Made by a program: the position numbers and the translations under genes. Below the pieces are notes generated by a model. The model was given only the letters and a program-made list of their open reading frames with translations. It searched no databases and was not told the origin of the DNA. Of a DNA stretch of 64,000 nucleotides, positions 9,749 to 20,598 are shown piece after piece. Source of the stretch: Parachitinimonas caeni (GTDB taxonomy: Bacteria > Pseudomonadota > Gammaproteobacteria > Burkholderiales > Chitinimonadaceae); the NCBI RefSeq assembly GCF_030129945.1, contig NZ_JARRAF010000017.1, positions 1 through 64,000 on the forward strand, written 5' to 3'. Each line of letters opens with the position of its first letter. Positions within the stretch are counted from its first letter, which is position 1.

Positions 9749-10360
9749 CTAATTGGCGGCTGCTTCCGGTGAAAACTGGCAGCTTTTCTCTCCGGGGTCA
9801 TCGAAGTACAAGCCATTTGCGTGATTCTGGAAGTTGAAGTAAGCGAGAGTGCGTTCTTCAGTCGCCAGAGCCTCGGCCCGCGTCTGCATGATGCGACGAT
9901 GCATGTCCTGCGGGGTGGTGCGAGCTTTGTTCATGACGGTCGGATTCATCAGACAGGCGATGGCATTGGCAATCTGCTGACCAGCCTGTCGCGCAGACTC
10001 TTTGTCGTGGACGGTCTCTACCGCTTGCATCCAGCCGTGCGCGAGTTGGCGCATGCCTTGTCGCGTGACGGCCGAATCGGCAAATTCCTTGTCGATATAT
10101 TGTTCGATATGGTCAGGCAGCCCATTGCGATCGGCATCGACTTCCAATGCCCGTAGCGCAGCACTATCGCCCGGTTTCGGTTTGAGCATCGGGTGCAGGT
10201 TTGGGGTTGCCGAGGTCGCCATCACTGGAGGGGCTGGCGGGGGCGCAGTGGGTGTTGCAAGGGCTGGCGGGGTGGCACCGGGCCACCAGATCAAGGCAAC
10301 CAGGCCGGCGGCACAGAGCACCGCTGCGACAATCAGAATCCGGGATTTCATACCGATCAA
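9749..10360 (-). CDS. hypothetical secreted protein (Pro-rich N-terminal linker)
   Basis: N-terminal signal/anchor, then a PPAPP stretch. Confidence 0.5.
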   Translation of the reverse strand: MIGMKSRILIVAAVLCAAGLVALIWWPGATPPALATPTAPPPAPPVMATSATPNLHPMLKPKPGDSAALRALEVDADRNGLPDHIEQYIDKEFADSAVTRQGMRQLAHGWMQAVETVHDKESARQAGQQIANAIACLMNPTVMNKARTTPQDMHRRIMQTRAEALATEERTLAYFNFQNHANGLYFDDPGEKSCQFSPEAAAN

Positions 10361-10390
10361 AGCAAGCCCGGCAGAAGCCGGGCTGTTGGT

Positions 10391-11173
10391 TTAGCGCAGC
10401 ACGGGAGCGGCAGAACGGCGGTCGATTTCACGCACGATCGCAAGCTCAGCCGGCATGGAGCTATCCATATAGATTTTCGTGAACGAATGGCCGAGGAAAT
10501 CCTTGAAGGGATGAAAGCCCTGGCTGATGTTGGAGGGCAGTACGCTCTTGATGATGCGTAGTGCCCCGATTACGGCATCGGCAGATGAGGTCACGTAGGT
10601 TGAATTTGGCATGGTGCGGGCCGCAGGCGAAGCCACGCCCACTGCAAACACATTGGGTGCTTGCGCTGCAGATTCGCCGATCAGGATATTTTGCGAAATA
10701 TTGGCGTATAGATTGCCTTGTGAGTGTGGCACCAGAACCAGCTTGCGATTGGCTGAAAGATGCTGCCGATAAAACTTCAGATGCTCGGGCAGCTCGGGGG
10801 TGACTTCTTTGCTCAGTGTGGCGACATATTTATCGCGTAGTGCAGTGCTCATCCAGCCGGGGGTGACGTTACCGCCATCGACCATCTGCCAGAAGCCCGA
10901 TACCTTTTCCCCCTCCTGTCCTTTTTGCTTGAACACTTGGTAGAGGTCGCTGAAGAAGCCATTGGTGGCGTTATAAGCGTTGCCGTAGACATAACCTTTG
11001 CCGGCACCACGCGCCGATACCCGCTGCTTCAAAACCTGCATGCTGGCGATGGCGTCATCGAAGGTGTTGTTCATGCCGTTGACAAAAACGACGGCGGTTT
11101 CGCCGTTTGCGGCAAAAACCGAGGCGCTGGCAAAGGCCAGCAGCGTGGACATCAGGGGTTTGAGCAGGCGCAT
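10391..11173 (-). CDS. secreted hypothetical protein, lipase/esterase-like (HSQGN motif)
   Basis: Signal peptide MRLLKPLMSTLLAFASASVFA and a GxSxG-like HSQGN motif. Confidence 0.5.
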   Translation of the reverse strand: MRLLKPLMSTLLAFASASVFAANGETAVVFVNGMNNTFDDAIASMQVLKQRVSARGAGKGYVYGNAYNATNGFFSDLYQVFKQKGQEGEKVSGFWQMVDGGNVTPGWMSTALRDKYVATLSKEVTPELPEHLKFYRQHLSANRKLVLVPHSQGNLYANISQNILIGESAAQAPNVFAVGVASPAARTMPNSTYVTSSADAVIGALRIIKSVLPSNISQGFHPFKDFLGHSFTKIYMDSSMPAELAIVREIDRRSAAPVLR

Positions 11174-11922
11174 TTTTAATTAGGCTCTCCATGCGGGTTG
11201 ACGTTGTCTCCGTTTCACGCGGGCTGTCTTGTGAAAATTGCAGCCATATTTCGTGAAACTTTTCGCATGGTAGGGGAGCGCGTGCTGCGCAACAAGCTTT
11301 TTTGAGTTAATGCTCCATTTAATAAAATCTGAGTTGTACAATAACTCTATAAATGACTGTTGGTCTGCTGCGTCAACGACTTAGTCTTCTCGGGATGGCG
11401 GAGACTGGCGCTCCTCGCGGTCTGGTGCCATACAGATTAGGGGCGCCATACGGTATTTAAGATGAGGTTGCGCCAAGAGAGCATTTGCTCTGGTTGCTTG
11501 ATGCCTTGCTTTTCGCGTGCGCGCCAGCCGTTTTTATCTGGCTAGGGAAATGGCTGATACCCAAAGATGAAGAAATAGGGCAGAGGTGCTGAAATAAGAA
11601 TAGTTATCAATAAGCTGCGAAGGGGTTCTGGATTTGCGCCAGATCATGAAAACGTCACATTTTGGCTATGTTTTTAATTTTCTTGGCGTTTTAGCCTAGA
11701 AAACGGTTGCGCCGGGGGGGGAATTGCTCCACAATCCGCCCTCCTTTTTTGCCGGCAGTTCTTGGGGCGGTTAGTGAGTTGGGCTGAGATATTGGCTTTT
11801 TTCATTGATGCGCACTCGATCCAAACCGGCTAGTTGGGTCGATATACTGCGTCGAAACTGCGGCGCGGCATGTCTGGTTTTCTTACACCTTCGGGTTTCC
11901 CGATTGCTTGGGGGTATGGGAT

Positions 11923-13032
11923 ATGTCCAACCTGGCTCAGTCGAACCTGCTGCAGGCTGCCAATGCGCAACTGCCAGTTTCCGCCTACTTTGACGAATCA
12001 CTTTATCAGCTCGAATTAGAGCGCCTTTTCGCGCGTGGCCCGCGATATTTTGGCCACGAATTGATGGTGCCGAATACCGGTGACTATCAGGTACTGGAAA
12101 TGACCGATGGCGCGCACTACCTCAAGCGCGCCGAAGACGGCATCAAACTGCTTTCCAATGTCTGCCGGCATCGCCAGGCAGTCATGCTGCAAGGGCGCGG
12201 CAACGCATCCACGACCGTTTGCCCACTCCATCGTTGGACTTACGACAATGGCGGCAAGCTGATTGGTGCGCCGCACTTTCCGCAAAACCCCTGTCTGCAT
12301 CTGCCTGAAACTGAGCTGGTCAGCTGGAATGGACTGCTGTTTGATGCACGCCGAGATGTATTTGCGGATCTGGCCAAACTTGGTGTTGCCAAGGAGCTGG
12401 ATTTTGCCAACTACCATTTCCACAGCGTACAGGTCGAACATTACCAAGGTAACTGGAAGACTTTCATCGAGGTGTATCTGGAAGACTACCATGTCGTACC
12501 TTTCCATCCGGGTCTTGGGCAGTTTGTTGAATGCGATGACCTGAAATGGGAATTTGGTGACTGGTACTCGGTGCAGACGGTTGGTGTCAATAACCGTCTG
12601 GCCAAAGCCGGTTCCAAGGTATATGCCGACTGGCACAAGCAAGTACTGGACTTCTACCAGGGCGAAGTGCCTGCCCACGGTGCGATCTGGCTTACTTACT
12701 ATCCGGGCATCATGGTTGAGTGGTATCCGCATGTTTTGGTGATTTCCACCATCGTGCCGACGGGTGTGCGTTCTTACAAGAATGTGGTCGAGTTCTACTA
12801 CCCAGAAGAAATCGCCCTGTTCGAGCCTGACTTCATTGCCGCTGAACAGGCGGCTTATATGGAGACGGCGGTTGAGGATGCCGAAATCATCCGACGCATG
12901 GAGGAAGGTCGTGAGGCCTTGTACCGTGCCGGGAGAAACGAGGTTGGCCCGTATCAGAGCCCTATGGAAGATGGCATGGCCCACTTCCACGAGTTTCTGC
13001 GTCGAGAACTTGGCGACGCAATTCGCGACTGA
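11923..13032 (+). CDS. Rieske [2Fe-2S] non-heme iron oxygenase, alpha-subunit-like
   Basis: Rieske motif CRHRQ...CPLHRW and a mononuclear iron region EDYHV. An alternative start lies at 11908. A 740-bp AT-rich leader lies upstream. Confidence 0.75.
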   Translation: MSNLAQSNLLQAANAQLPVSAYFDESLYQLELERLFARGPRYFGHELMVPNTGDYQVLEMTDGAHYLKRAEDGIKLLSNVCRHRQAVMLQGRGNASTTVCPLHRWTYDNGGKLIGAPHFPQNPCLHLPETELVSWNGLLFDARRDVFADLAKLGVAKELDFANYHFHSVQVEHYQGNWKTFIEVYLEDYHVVPFHPGLGQFVECDDLKWEFGDWYSVQTVGVNNRLAKAGSKVYADWHKQVLDFYQGEVPAHGAIWLTYYPGIMVEWYPHVLVISTIVPTGVRSYKNVVEFYYPEEIALFEPDFIAAEQAAYMETAVEDAEIIRRMEEGREALYRAGRNEVGPYQSPMEDGMAHFHEFLRRELGDAIRD

Positions 13033-13054
13033 GTGGGATCTTGCGTGTCAGAAA

Positions 13055-13080
13055 GGGAGCTTCGGCTCCCTTTTTTCTTT
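13055..13080 (+). terminator. rho-independent terminator
   Basis: GGGAGC-TTCG-GCTCCC followed by TTTTTTCTTTT. Confidence 0.75.
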
Positions 13081-13287
13081 TGCGCTGATGGTCGGTGGGG
13101 GCTGAGGTCAATGGCTCGACTATGCTCAAAGTACAGACCGTAGTTGTTAGGTCGCAGCCGGAGACACGCGGCAAAGTAGTGACGATGGTGGCGTATCCGC
13201 TGTTCAGAGGTCATTTCTGTAGCGGATCGGCAACGATGTAGTCAGCAACGGGGTTGTCATTGAGGTCAATACGCGACGAGCCGGATC

Positions 13288-14160
13288 ATGCGCTTCCCAC
13301 AATATTGGGCTAGTGCCCAAACAGAAATCCTTGTTGATGATCGTCGATTCGCAATCGACATCTGGCGGAGCAGTGATGATAGCCAATCTGCAGCGGTGCT
13401 GGCGGCCAGAGAGGCGGCGGAGGCTATGCGCGGCAGAAGCCCTCGTGCTGAGCGCCCTGGTTGCTATGGCTATGGGGACCACCCCTTGCGGGAGGAGGTG
13501 CTGACACGCATTCAGGATGAGCGGGGGCGGGAAGTAGCCGTCATCAGCCGTAATAAAATGGGCTGCCGAGTGCTCAATACCCACCACGCCCTGTTTGTAG
13601 ATATTGATTACCCTACCCATCATCCCTCGCTACTGGAGCAGCTGAAGATCAAAGTTGATCATTGGCTCGGGCATCCAATACTGCCAACTTTGCGCAATGC
13701 CGATGAAGCAGTGGCCTTGGAACGCGTGATGCATCTGGTGCGCCGGCATCCCGATTGGCAATTCCGTGCCTATCAGACTTATGGCGGTATGCGGGTGTTG
13801 CTGGGTCATGCCCTGTTTGAGCCAACTGATGTGACGACGCTGCAAATCATGGATGAGTTGGCGGTTGACCCGCTGTATCGCCAGCTGTGCATTCGCCAGC
13901 GCTGCTTTCGTGCCCGCCTCAGTCCCAAGCCCTGGCGTTGTGGATCACCACTGGCCCCGGGCGCCTTTCCCCGCCAATCACCAAACCAGCGTGAGGATTT
14001 TGCGAAATGGCTTGGGCAGTATCAGCGCCGTAGCGCGCACCGGGCGGTGTGCCGTTTGATCGGGATCTACGGCGCAGGAACTGTGCATCCGCAGTTGCAG
14101 GCCATTGTGCAGTTACACGATGACGCCACGGGTGTGGGGGAAGCGTGGCCGCTGGCTTGA
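13288..14160 (+). CDS. hypothetical protein
   Basis: 290-aa ORF with no recognisable motifs. Confidence 0.45.
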   Translation: MRFPQYWASAQTEILVDDRRFAIDIWRSSDDSQSAAVLAAREAAEAMRGRSPRAERPGCYGYGDHPLREEVLTRIQDERGREVAVISRNKMGCRVLNTHHALFVDIDYPTHHPSLLEQLKIKVDHWLGHPILPTLRNADEAVALERVMHLVRRHPDWQFRAYQTYGGMRVLLGHALFEPTDVTTLQIMDELAVDPLYRQLCIRQRCFRARLSPKPWRCGSPLAPGAFPRQSPNQREDFAKWLGQYQRRSAHRAVCRLIGIYGAGTVHPQLQAIVQLHDDATGVGEAWPLA

Positions 14161-14241
14161 ATGAAAAGTCTTGGTAAGTAGCGCCAATGCCTGACGGGCT
14201 TGCGTTGATCAGGCCAGCCAGGCGTTGTTGCTTACATCGAT

Positions 14242-15042
14242 TTAGCGCAGGAGCGACAGGGTGACGGACGGCAAAGCATTGGCTTGAGTCTGGACTGCCA
14301 GTGCGGCTTGCTGACTGATCTGTTGCTGCACCAATTGGGAAGTGGCACTGGCGTAGTCCGTGTCGGCAATCCGGCTGCGGCTGGCGGCGAGATTTTCCGA
14401 GCTGGTCTGCAAGGCGTTGATCTGGGCGCTGAAGCGACTGCTGACGGCGCCAAGCTGCGCTCGGGAGTCGGCAATCGAACTTAAGGTCTGATCAAGGCTG
14501 GTCAAGGAGGCGGATGCAGCCGCTGCGGAAGAAAAGTCCAGCCCGCTGCTCGCACTCTGGTTGGGCAGGCTGAACGAGATTTGGTCGCCGGCATTCGGGC
14601 CAGTCTGGAAGTTGAAGCCACTATTGCCCTGGAATAAAGGCTGACCGTTGAATTCTGCTGTGCGCACGATGTCATCATTGGACTGGGCCAGCTGCTCGGC
14701 TTCGGCAGCCAATGCCTGCCGGTCCTGTGCGCTGAGTGTGCTGTTGGCGGCAGCCACGCTAAGTTCGCGAATTCGCCCGACATTTGACTGCAGCTGACCG
14801 AGTGCCCCTTCAGCGGTCTGCACCAGAGACACGGCGTCATTCAGATTGGCACGCGCCCGGTCACTGCCAAGAATCTGGCTGGCCAGCTGAGACGCAATCT
14901 GCAAGCCCGCGGCATCATCGGCGGCCCGGTTGATGCGTGAGCCGGACGACAGTTTCTCCAGCGACTGAGTGATGCCTGTGTTCGCCCTTTGCAGGGGCAC
15001 ACCCGAAACCGCATTTGAGTTGACCGATGTGATGGAATTCAT
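14242..15042 (-). CDS. flagellin-like protein (short, 266 aa)
   Basis: Conserved flagellin N-terminal (LSSGSRINRAADDAAGLQIA) and C-terminal (SRIADTDYASATSQL...LSLLR) helices with a minimal variable region. No other flagellar genes nearby. Confidence 0.75.
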   Translation of the reverse strand: MNSITSVNSNAVSGVPLQRANTGITQSLEKLSSGSRINRAADDAAGLQIASQLASQILGSDRARANLNDAVSLVQTAEGALGQLQSNVGRIRELSVAAANSTLSAQDRQALAAEAEQLAQSNDDIVRTAEFNGQPLFQGNSGFNFQTGPNAGDQISFSLPNQSASSGLDFSSAAAASASLTSLDQTLSSIADSRAQLGAVSSRFSAQINALQTSSENLAASRSRIADTDYASATSQLVQQQISQQAALAVQTQANALPSVTLSLLR

Positions 15043-15183
15043 GGTGTGCCTCGTTGCGTGGTGAACCAGTCCAGAACTTTGCAAGCCTTGAGGAATTCAG
15101 GATGGATTCACCCATCAGGATAGGGCTTGGCAATTCAAGTTTAGCGAAGATGGCTTGCTGACGGAATTTGACCCGCCAAACGG

Positions 15184-16083
15184 TCATGTCAGTGGTTGGT
15201 CGGGCGCTGCCTGGCGCAGCAGCCAGTCTCGAAATGCCTTGAGAGCAGGGTTGGTGCCATTGGCCTCGGGATAGACGAGGTAGTAGGCGCGGCGAGAGGG
15301 GCCGGGGTGGGGATGGGCAATCCGCAGGCTACCGTTGGCCAACTCGTCGGTCACCAGGGCATGTGGCACCAACGCTAGCCCCAGACCCGCCTTGGCGGCA
15401 CCTACTGCCATCGAAAACAGTTCAAAGCGCGGTCCTTTCAAAGGGTTGATGCCATCCATATCGGTACCGCTAGCCTCAAACCACTCCCGCCAGGCCTGTA
15501 GCCGGGTAGGAAGCTGCAGCAGGGTGATGGCTGCAAAACCCTCGGCCCGCAGTCGGGCGTAAATGGCCGGGCTGCAGACGGGTACACATTCTTCTCTGAA
15601 TAGATAAACGCACTCAGCGCCGGGCCAGACCGGGTCGCCCGCATGCAAAGCCGCATCGAAGCTGGTGTCTGCAAACAGAAACGGTTTGGTGCGCACGCTG
15701 AGGTTGAGGGTGATGGCGGGCTGATGTGCGTAGAAATCTGGCAGCCGGGGGATCAGCCAGTGTGTGGCCATGCTGGGAAGTACGGCCAGTTCCAATACGC
15801 CGCCAGCACCGCCTTGCGCCATGATGTCCAGTACGTTCTGCTCAATCCGGTCGAGATCAGCCGCAACCTGGCGCCAGTAGCGCTGCCCGGCTTCGGATAG
15901 CGTCACGCCCCGTTTTCCTCTAATAAACAGTTGCATGCCGAGCGTGTCTTCCAGCGTGGCGATTTGCCGGCAGACTGCGCTGTGCGTGAGCGCCAGCTCT
16001 TCTGCGGCCTTGCTGAAACTACCGTGGCGTGCGGCGGCTTCGAAGGCGAGTAAGGTGCGAGTGCTTGGAATGATGCGACGCAT
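15184..16083 (-). CDS. LysR-family transcriptional regulator (GcdR-like), divergent from the glutarate cluster
   Basis: N-terminal HTH LRHGSFSKAAEELALTHSAVCRQI and a LysR substrate-binding domain. Confidence 0.85.
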   Translation of the reverse strand: MRRIIPSTRTLLAFEAAARHGSFSKAAEELALTHSAVCRQIATLEDTLGMQLFIRGKRGVTLSEAGQRYWRQVAADLDRIEQNVLDIMAQGGAGGVLELAVLPSMATHWLIPRLPDFYAHQPAITLNLSVRTKPFLFADTSFDAALHAGDPVWPGAECVYLFREECVPVCSPAIYARLRAEGFAAITLLQLPTRLQAWREWFEASGTDMDGINPLKGPRFELFSMAVGAAKAGLGLALVPHALVTDELANGSLRIAHPHPGPSRRAYYLVYPEANGTNPALKAFRDWLLRQAAPDQPLT

Positions 16084-16322
16084 GGGGTTTTGGGTCTGGA
16101 AAAAACAAGATGTGCAATTTTTGCACAGTATTGTAAAGATAAATCGCTTGTTTGCTGCAGTGCGGTTTGCCTATTCTCGCGCGTTATTGCGTCGTAAAGC
16201 ACGATGCTCGGTGGCGATGCCGTGCTGTGTCGGATGCGACGGATGATTTTTTTTCAAGCATTGCTGGCAGGCTCCCGATCTGACTCGGTAGAGCCGGTTC
16301 TTAAATTACCGTAAAGAAGCCA

Positions 16323-18023
16323 ATGTCCATGAATTCCACCCCTGTTTCTGCTTCTGCCGGTGTGCGTACTGGCGCCCAGGCGCTGGTTGATGCCTTGCTG
16401 GTCCATGGTGCCGATACCGGCTTCTGCGTACCCGGCGAAAGTTATCTGGCGGTGCTGGATGCCCTGTATGACGTGCAGGACCGGTTCAAGCTGGTGGTGT
16501 GCCGGCAGGAAGGTGGTGCTGCCTATATGGCCGATGCCTACGGCAAGCTCACTGGCAAGCCGGGTATCTGTTTTGTGACGCGCGGTCCGGGTGCGACCAA
16601 TGCCTCGGTGGGTATTCATACCGCGTTTCAGGATTCAGTACCGCTGATCCTGTTTGTCGGCCAGGTTGGACGCGATGCCGTCGAACGCGAAGCCTTCCAG
16701 GAGGTGGATTACCGCCGCATGTATGGTCAGATGGCCAAGTGGGTAGCGCAGATCGACGACGCGAGCCGGGTACCTGAGTTCATCTCGCATGCTTTCCATA
16801 TTGCTACCTCGGGTCGTCCTGGCCCGGTGGTGCTGGCGCTGCCGGAAGACATGCTGCACGACCCGTGCCCCATGCCCCAGCCGCAGCCTTATCGCCGGGT
16901 GGCGGCGTCCCCTGCAGCGGCGGATATGGCTGAGTTGGCTGATCGGCTTGGCAAGGCACAGAAACCCGTGATGATCCTGGGTGGTCGGGGCTGGACCGAG
17001 CAGGCATGCGCCGACATCCGCCGTTTTGCCGAGAGCTGGCAGCTGCCCGTCGCCTGCGCCTTCCGCTATCAGGATTTGTTTGATAACCGGCATCCGCAAT
17101 ATATCGGCGACGTCGGTCTGGGCATCAATCCCAAGCTGGCGGCCCGCATCAAGGAAGCGGATCTGGTGCTGGCAGTGGGGCCGCGCCTCGGCGAGTCGAC
17201 GACCTCAGGTTATACCTTGTTCGATATCCCCCGGCCCAAACAGACATTGGTGCATGTGCATGCGGGTGCTGAAGAGCTGGGGCGTGTTTATGCGGCCGAC
17301 CTGCCGATCAACGCCGGTTACCCCGAATTCGCCGCCATGGCAGCGGCACTGCCAGCGCCCGCCAATCTGGCATGGGTCGGCAGCGCCTCGGCAGGCCATG
17401 ATCTTTATCTAACCTGGAACGAACCAACCCAGACCCCTGGCGACCTGCAGATGGGTGAAGTGATGCGCTATCTGCGTCGCTCCCTGCCGGAAGACGCCAT
17501 TGTCACTAATGGGGCCGGTAACTACGCCATCTGGCTGCATCGCTTCTATCATTACCGTCAGTTTGGCAACCAGCTGGCGCCGACCAGCGGCTCGATGGGC
17601 TATGGCGTGCCATCTGCCGTGGCGGCCAAGATCACGCATCCCGAGCGGGTGGTGGTGTCATTCTCCGGCGATGGCTGCTTCATGATGAACGGACAGGAGC
17701 TGGCCACTGCCGTGCAGTATGGTGCCAATGTGGTGTTCATCGTGGTCAACAATGGCATGTATGGCACCATTCGCATGCATCAGGAAAAGAACTATCCCGA
17801 GCGGGTAGTCGGTACCCAGCTGCATAATCCGGATTTTGCCGCCTTGGCCCGGGCCTATGGTGCTCATGGCGAAACGGTGACCAAGACCGAAGAATTCATC
17901 CCGGCTTTCGAGCGGGCGCTGGCTGCTGGCAAGCCGGCCCTGCTGGAATTGCAGGTAGAGCCCGAGGCGATTACGCCTGCGGCGACGATTACGCAGATTC
18001 GTGCTCAGGCCAAAGCCAAGTGA
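16323..18023 (+). CDS. thiamine-pyrophosphate-dependent enzyme (acetolactate-synthase-like 2-oxoacid decarboxylase family)
   Basis: 566-aa protein with N-terminal TPP-Pyr domain and a central and a TPP-binding domain (GDGCFMMNGQELATAVQY). Confidence 0.8.
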   Translation: MSMNSTPVSASAGVRTGAQALVDALLVHGADTGFCVPGESYLAVLDALYDVQDRFKLVVCRQEGGAAYMADAYGKLTGKPGICFVTRGPGATNASVGIHTAFQDSVPLILFVGQVGRDAVEREAFQEVDYRRMYGQMAKWVAQIDDASRVPEFISHAFHIATSGRPGPVVLALPEDMLHDPCPMPQPQPYRRVAASPAAADMAELADRLGKAQKPVMILGGRGWTEQACADIRRFAESWQLPVACAFRYQDLFDNRHPQYIGDVGLGINPKLAARIKEADLVLAVGPRLGESTTSGYTLFDIPRPKQTLVHVHAGAEELGRVYAADLPINAGYPEFAAMAAALPAPANLAWVGSASAGHDLYLTWNEPTQTPGDLQMGEVMRYLRRSLPEDAIVTNGAGNYAIWLHRFYHYRQFGNQLAPTSGSMGYGVPSAVAAKITHPERVVVSFSGDGCFMMNGQELATAVQYGANVVFIVVNNGMYGTIRMHQEKNYPERVVGTQLHNPDFAALARAYGAHGETVTKTEEFIPAFERALAAGKPALLELQVEPEAITPAATITQIRAQAKAK

Positions 18024-18077
18024 GTGTCGGGTCTGATTTGAACGTGATGTGAAGATTTGAAAGAACAGGAGCCGATC

Positions 18078-19262
18078 ATGGCTGGAAAAGTACAGTTTCA
18101 CTGGGAAGACCCCTTATTGCTGGAGCAACAGCTGACCGGCGAAGAGCGCATGGTGCGCGAGACGGCCTACAAATATGCGCAGGAGCGACTGGCTCCGCGT
18201 GTGCTGGAGGCGTTTCGCAATGAGAAGACTGATGCCGCGATTTTCCGCGAGATGGGGGAGTTGGGTCTGCTGGGGGCGACCATCCCTGCTGAATACGGTG
18301 GCGCGGGCCTCAACTACGTCAGCTATGGCCTGATTGCCCGTGAAGTTGAGCGTGTCGACTCAGGCTATCGCTCGATGATGAGTGTGCAGTCCTCGCTGGT
18401 GATGGTGCCGATCAACGAATTCGGCAGCGAAGAGACCAAGCGCAAATATCTGCCCAAGCTGGCTTCTGGCGAGTGGATTGGCTGTTTTGGTCTGACGGAG
18501 CCGGATCATGGCTCCGACCCCGGCAGCATGGTCACCCGTGCCCGCAAGGTGGCAGGAGGCTATGAGTTGACGGGCAGCAAGATGTGGATTACCAATTCGC
18601 CAATTGCCGATGTCTTCGTGGTCTGGGCGAAGGATGACGAAGGCGAGATTCGCGGCTTTGTGCTGGAAAAAGGCTGGAAGGGCCTGTCTGCCCCGGCGAT
18701 TCACGGCAAGGTTGGCCTGCGCGCCTCGATTACCGGTGAGATCGTGATGGATAGCGTCTTCGTGCCAGCTGAAAACATGTTCCCGACCGTCAAAGGTTTG
18801 AAAGGGCCGTTTACCTGTCTGAACTCGGCCCGTTACGGCATTTCGTGGGGTGCTTTGGGTGCGGCGGAAGACTGCTGGCACAAGGCCCGCCAGTATGTGC
18901 TCGACCGCAAGCAGTTCGGCCGCCCGCTGGCCGCCAATCAGCTGATCCAGAAAAAGCTGGCCGACATGCAAACCGAGATCACGCTGGGCCTGCAAGGCTG
19001 TTTGCGTCTGGGGCGGATGAAGGACGAAGGCATGGCTGCTGTCGAGATTACCTCGATCATGAAGCGCAACTCCTGCGGCAAGGCGCTGGACATTGCCCGC
19101 ATGGCGCGGGACATGCTGGGTGGCAACGGTATTTCGGATGAGTTTGGCATTGCCCGCCATCTGGTCAACCTCGAAGTGGTCAACACCTACGAGGGGACGC
19201 ATGATGTGCATGCCCTGATTCTGGGTCGGGCCCAGACTGGCATCGCCGCGTTTGGTAATTAA
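18078..19262 (+). CDS. gcdH: glutaryl-CoA dehydrogenase
   Basis: Acyl-CoA dehydrogenase fold with a GcdH-like N-terminus ([18 protein letters not shown]) and catalytic region YEGTHDVH. Confidence 0.9.
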   Translation: MAGKVQFHWEDPLLLEQQLTGEERMVRETAYKYAQERLAPRVLEAFRNEKTDAAIFREMGELGLLGATIPAEYGGAGLNYVSYGLIAREVERVDSGYRSMMSVQSSLVMVPINEFGSEETKRKYLPKLASGEWIGCFGLTEPDHGSDPGSMVTRARKVAGGYELTGSKMWITNSPIADVFVVWAKDDEGEIRGFVLEKGWKGLSAPAIHGKVGLRASITGEIVMDSVFVPAENMFPTVKGLKGPFTCLNSARYGISWGALGAAEDCWHKARQYVLDRKQFGRPLAANQLIQKKLADMQTEITLGLQGCLRLGRMKDEGMAAVEITSIMKRNSCGKALDIARMARDMLGGNGISDEFGIARHLVNLEVVNTYEGTHDVHALILGRAQTGIAAFGN

Positions 19263-19347
19263 TCGCTGACGAGCCTGCCTCGTCACCGGGCGCCATGCTG
19301 TGCGGCGTGGCGCCTTTCCCTTCACTTCCCCTGCAGGAAAACTCCCT

Positions 19348-20598
19348 ATGGGTGCTCTCTCCCATCTCAAGGTTCTCGATTTATCGCGGGTGCTGGCTGG
19401 CCCTTGGGCGACCCAGTTGCTGGCTGATCTGGGCGCTGAAGTCATCAAGATCGAACGGCCCGGCACAGGTGACGATACCCGTGCCTGGGGGCCGCCTTGG
19501 CTGAAAGACGAAGCAGGCGAAGCGACCTCCGAGTCAGCCTATTACCTGTCTACCAATCGCAACAAACAGTCTGTTGCGATTGATATGGCCAAGCCGGAAG
19601 GCCAGCGTCTGTTGCGTGAGCTGGCAGCGCAGGTGGATGTGCTGGTCGAAAACTTCAAGGTGGGGGGGCTCAAGCAATACGGGCTCGATTACGAGTCGTT
19701 GCGGGTAATCAACCCCCGGCTGGTCTACTGCTCGATTACCGGCTTCGGCCAGGATGGCCCCTATGCCGCACGGGCAGGTTACGACTTTCTGATTCAGGGG
19801 ATGGGTGGTCTGATGAGCGTCACTGGCCGACCGGATGGGGAGGAAGGCGCGGGCCCACTCAAGGTTGGGGTCGCCCTGACCGACATCCTGACCGGCTTGT
19901 ACGCGGCCAATGCGATTCAGGCAGCTTTGCTGAGCCGGGAGCGGAGCGGCCAGGGTCAGCATATTGATCTGGCCCTGCTGGATGTGCAGATTGCCTGCCT
20001 CGCCAATCAGTCGATGAATTATCTGGTAGGGGGCCAGCCGCCCAAGCGTATGGGCAATGCCCACCCCAATATCGTGCCGTATCAGGATGTACCAACGCGG
20101 GATGGTTACATGATTCTGGCCATCGGTAACGACAACCAGTTCGGCAAGTTCTGTGAAACCATTGGCCACCCCGAATGGGCTGGCGATGAGCGTTTCGCCA
20201 CCAATGCGGCCCGCGTGGCCAATCGGGCGCTGTTGATTCCGATGATCGGTGAGGTCACCCGAACCCGGGATATGGAAGAGTGGATTACCTTGCTCGAAGC
20301 GCAAGCGGTGCCCTGCGGCCCCATCAACAACCTGGCACAAGTGTTTGCCGACCCGCAGGTTCAGCACCGTGGAACACGGGTCGAGATGGATCACCCGCTG
20401 GCGGGCAAGGTGCCGCAGGTGGCCAATCCGATTCATCTGTCAGCCACACCGGTCGAGTACCGCAATGCGCCGCCCTTGCTGGGGGCGGATACGCATTCGG
20501 TGTTGTCGGGTTTGCTTGGGCTGGGAGAAGGGAGTCTGACCGAGCTGGCTGAATCGGGCGTTATCGCAGCAGTGCGCAAGCAGGAGAAATCAACATGA
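19348..20598 (+). CDS. family III CoA-transferase (CaiB/BaiF; glutarate CoA-transferase-like)
   Basis: LSHLKVLDLSRVLAGPWATQLLADLGAEVIKIE is typical of CaiB/BaiF. The gene sits immediately downstream of gcdH. Confidence 0.8.
   Translation: MGALSHLKVLDLSRVLAGPWATQLLADLGAEVIKIERPGTGDDTRAWGPPWLKDEAGEATSESAYYLSTNRNKQSVAIDMAKPEGQRLLRELAAQVDVLVENFKVGGLKQYGLDYESLRVINPRLVYCSITGFGQDGPYAARAGYDFLIQGMGGLMSVTGRPDGEEGAGPLKVGVALTDILTGLYAANAIQAALLSRERSGQGQHIDLALLDVQIACLANQSMNYLVGGQPPKRMGNAHPNIVPYQDVPTRDGYMILAIGNDNQFGKFCETIGHPEWAGDERFATNAARVANRALLIPMIGEVTRTRDMEEWITLLEAQAVPCGPINNLAQVFADPQVQHRGTRVEMDHPLAGKVPQVANPIHLSATPVEYRNAPPLLGADTHSVLSGLLGLGEGSLTELAESGVIAAVRKQEKST

Noticed and set aside
11690-11720. CGTTTTAGCCTAGAAAACG palindrome as an eighth MITE copy
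   Set aside because: The order of the motif parts is inverted relative to the TIR (AAAACG...CCTAG) and it is too short. It is more likely a chance or unrelated palindrome.
12016-12990. 324-aa ORF antisense to the Rieske oxygenase gene
   Set aside because: It is fully embedded in a well-supported CDS on the other strand, with no motifs, and is a typical GC-rich antisense artefact.
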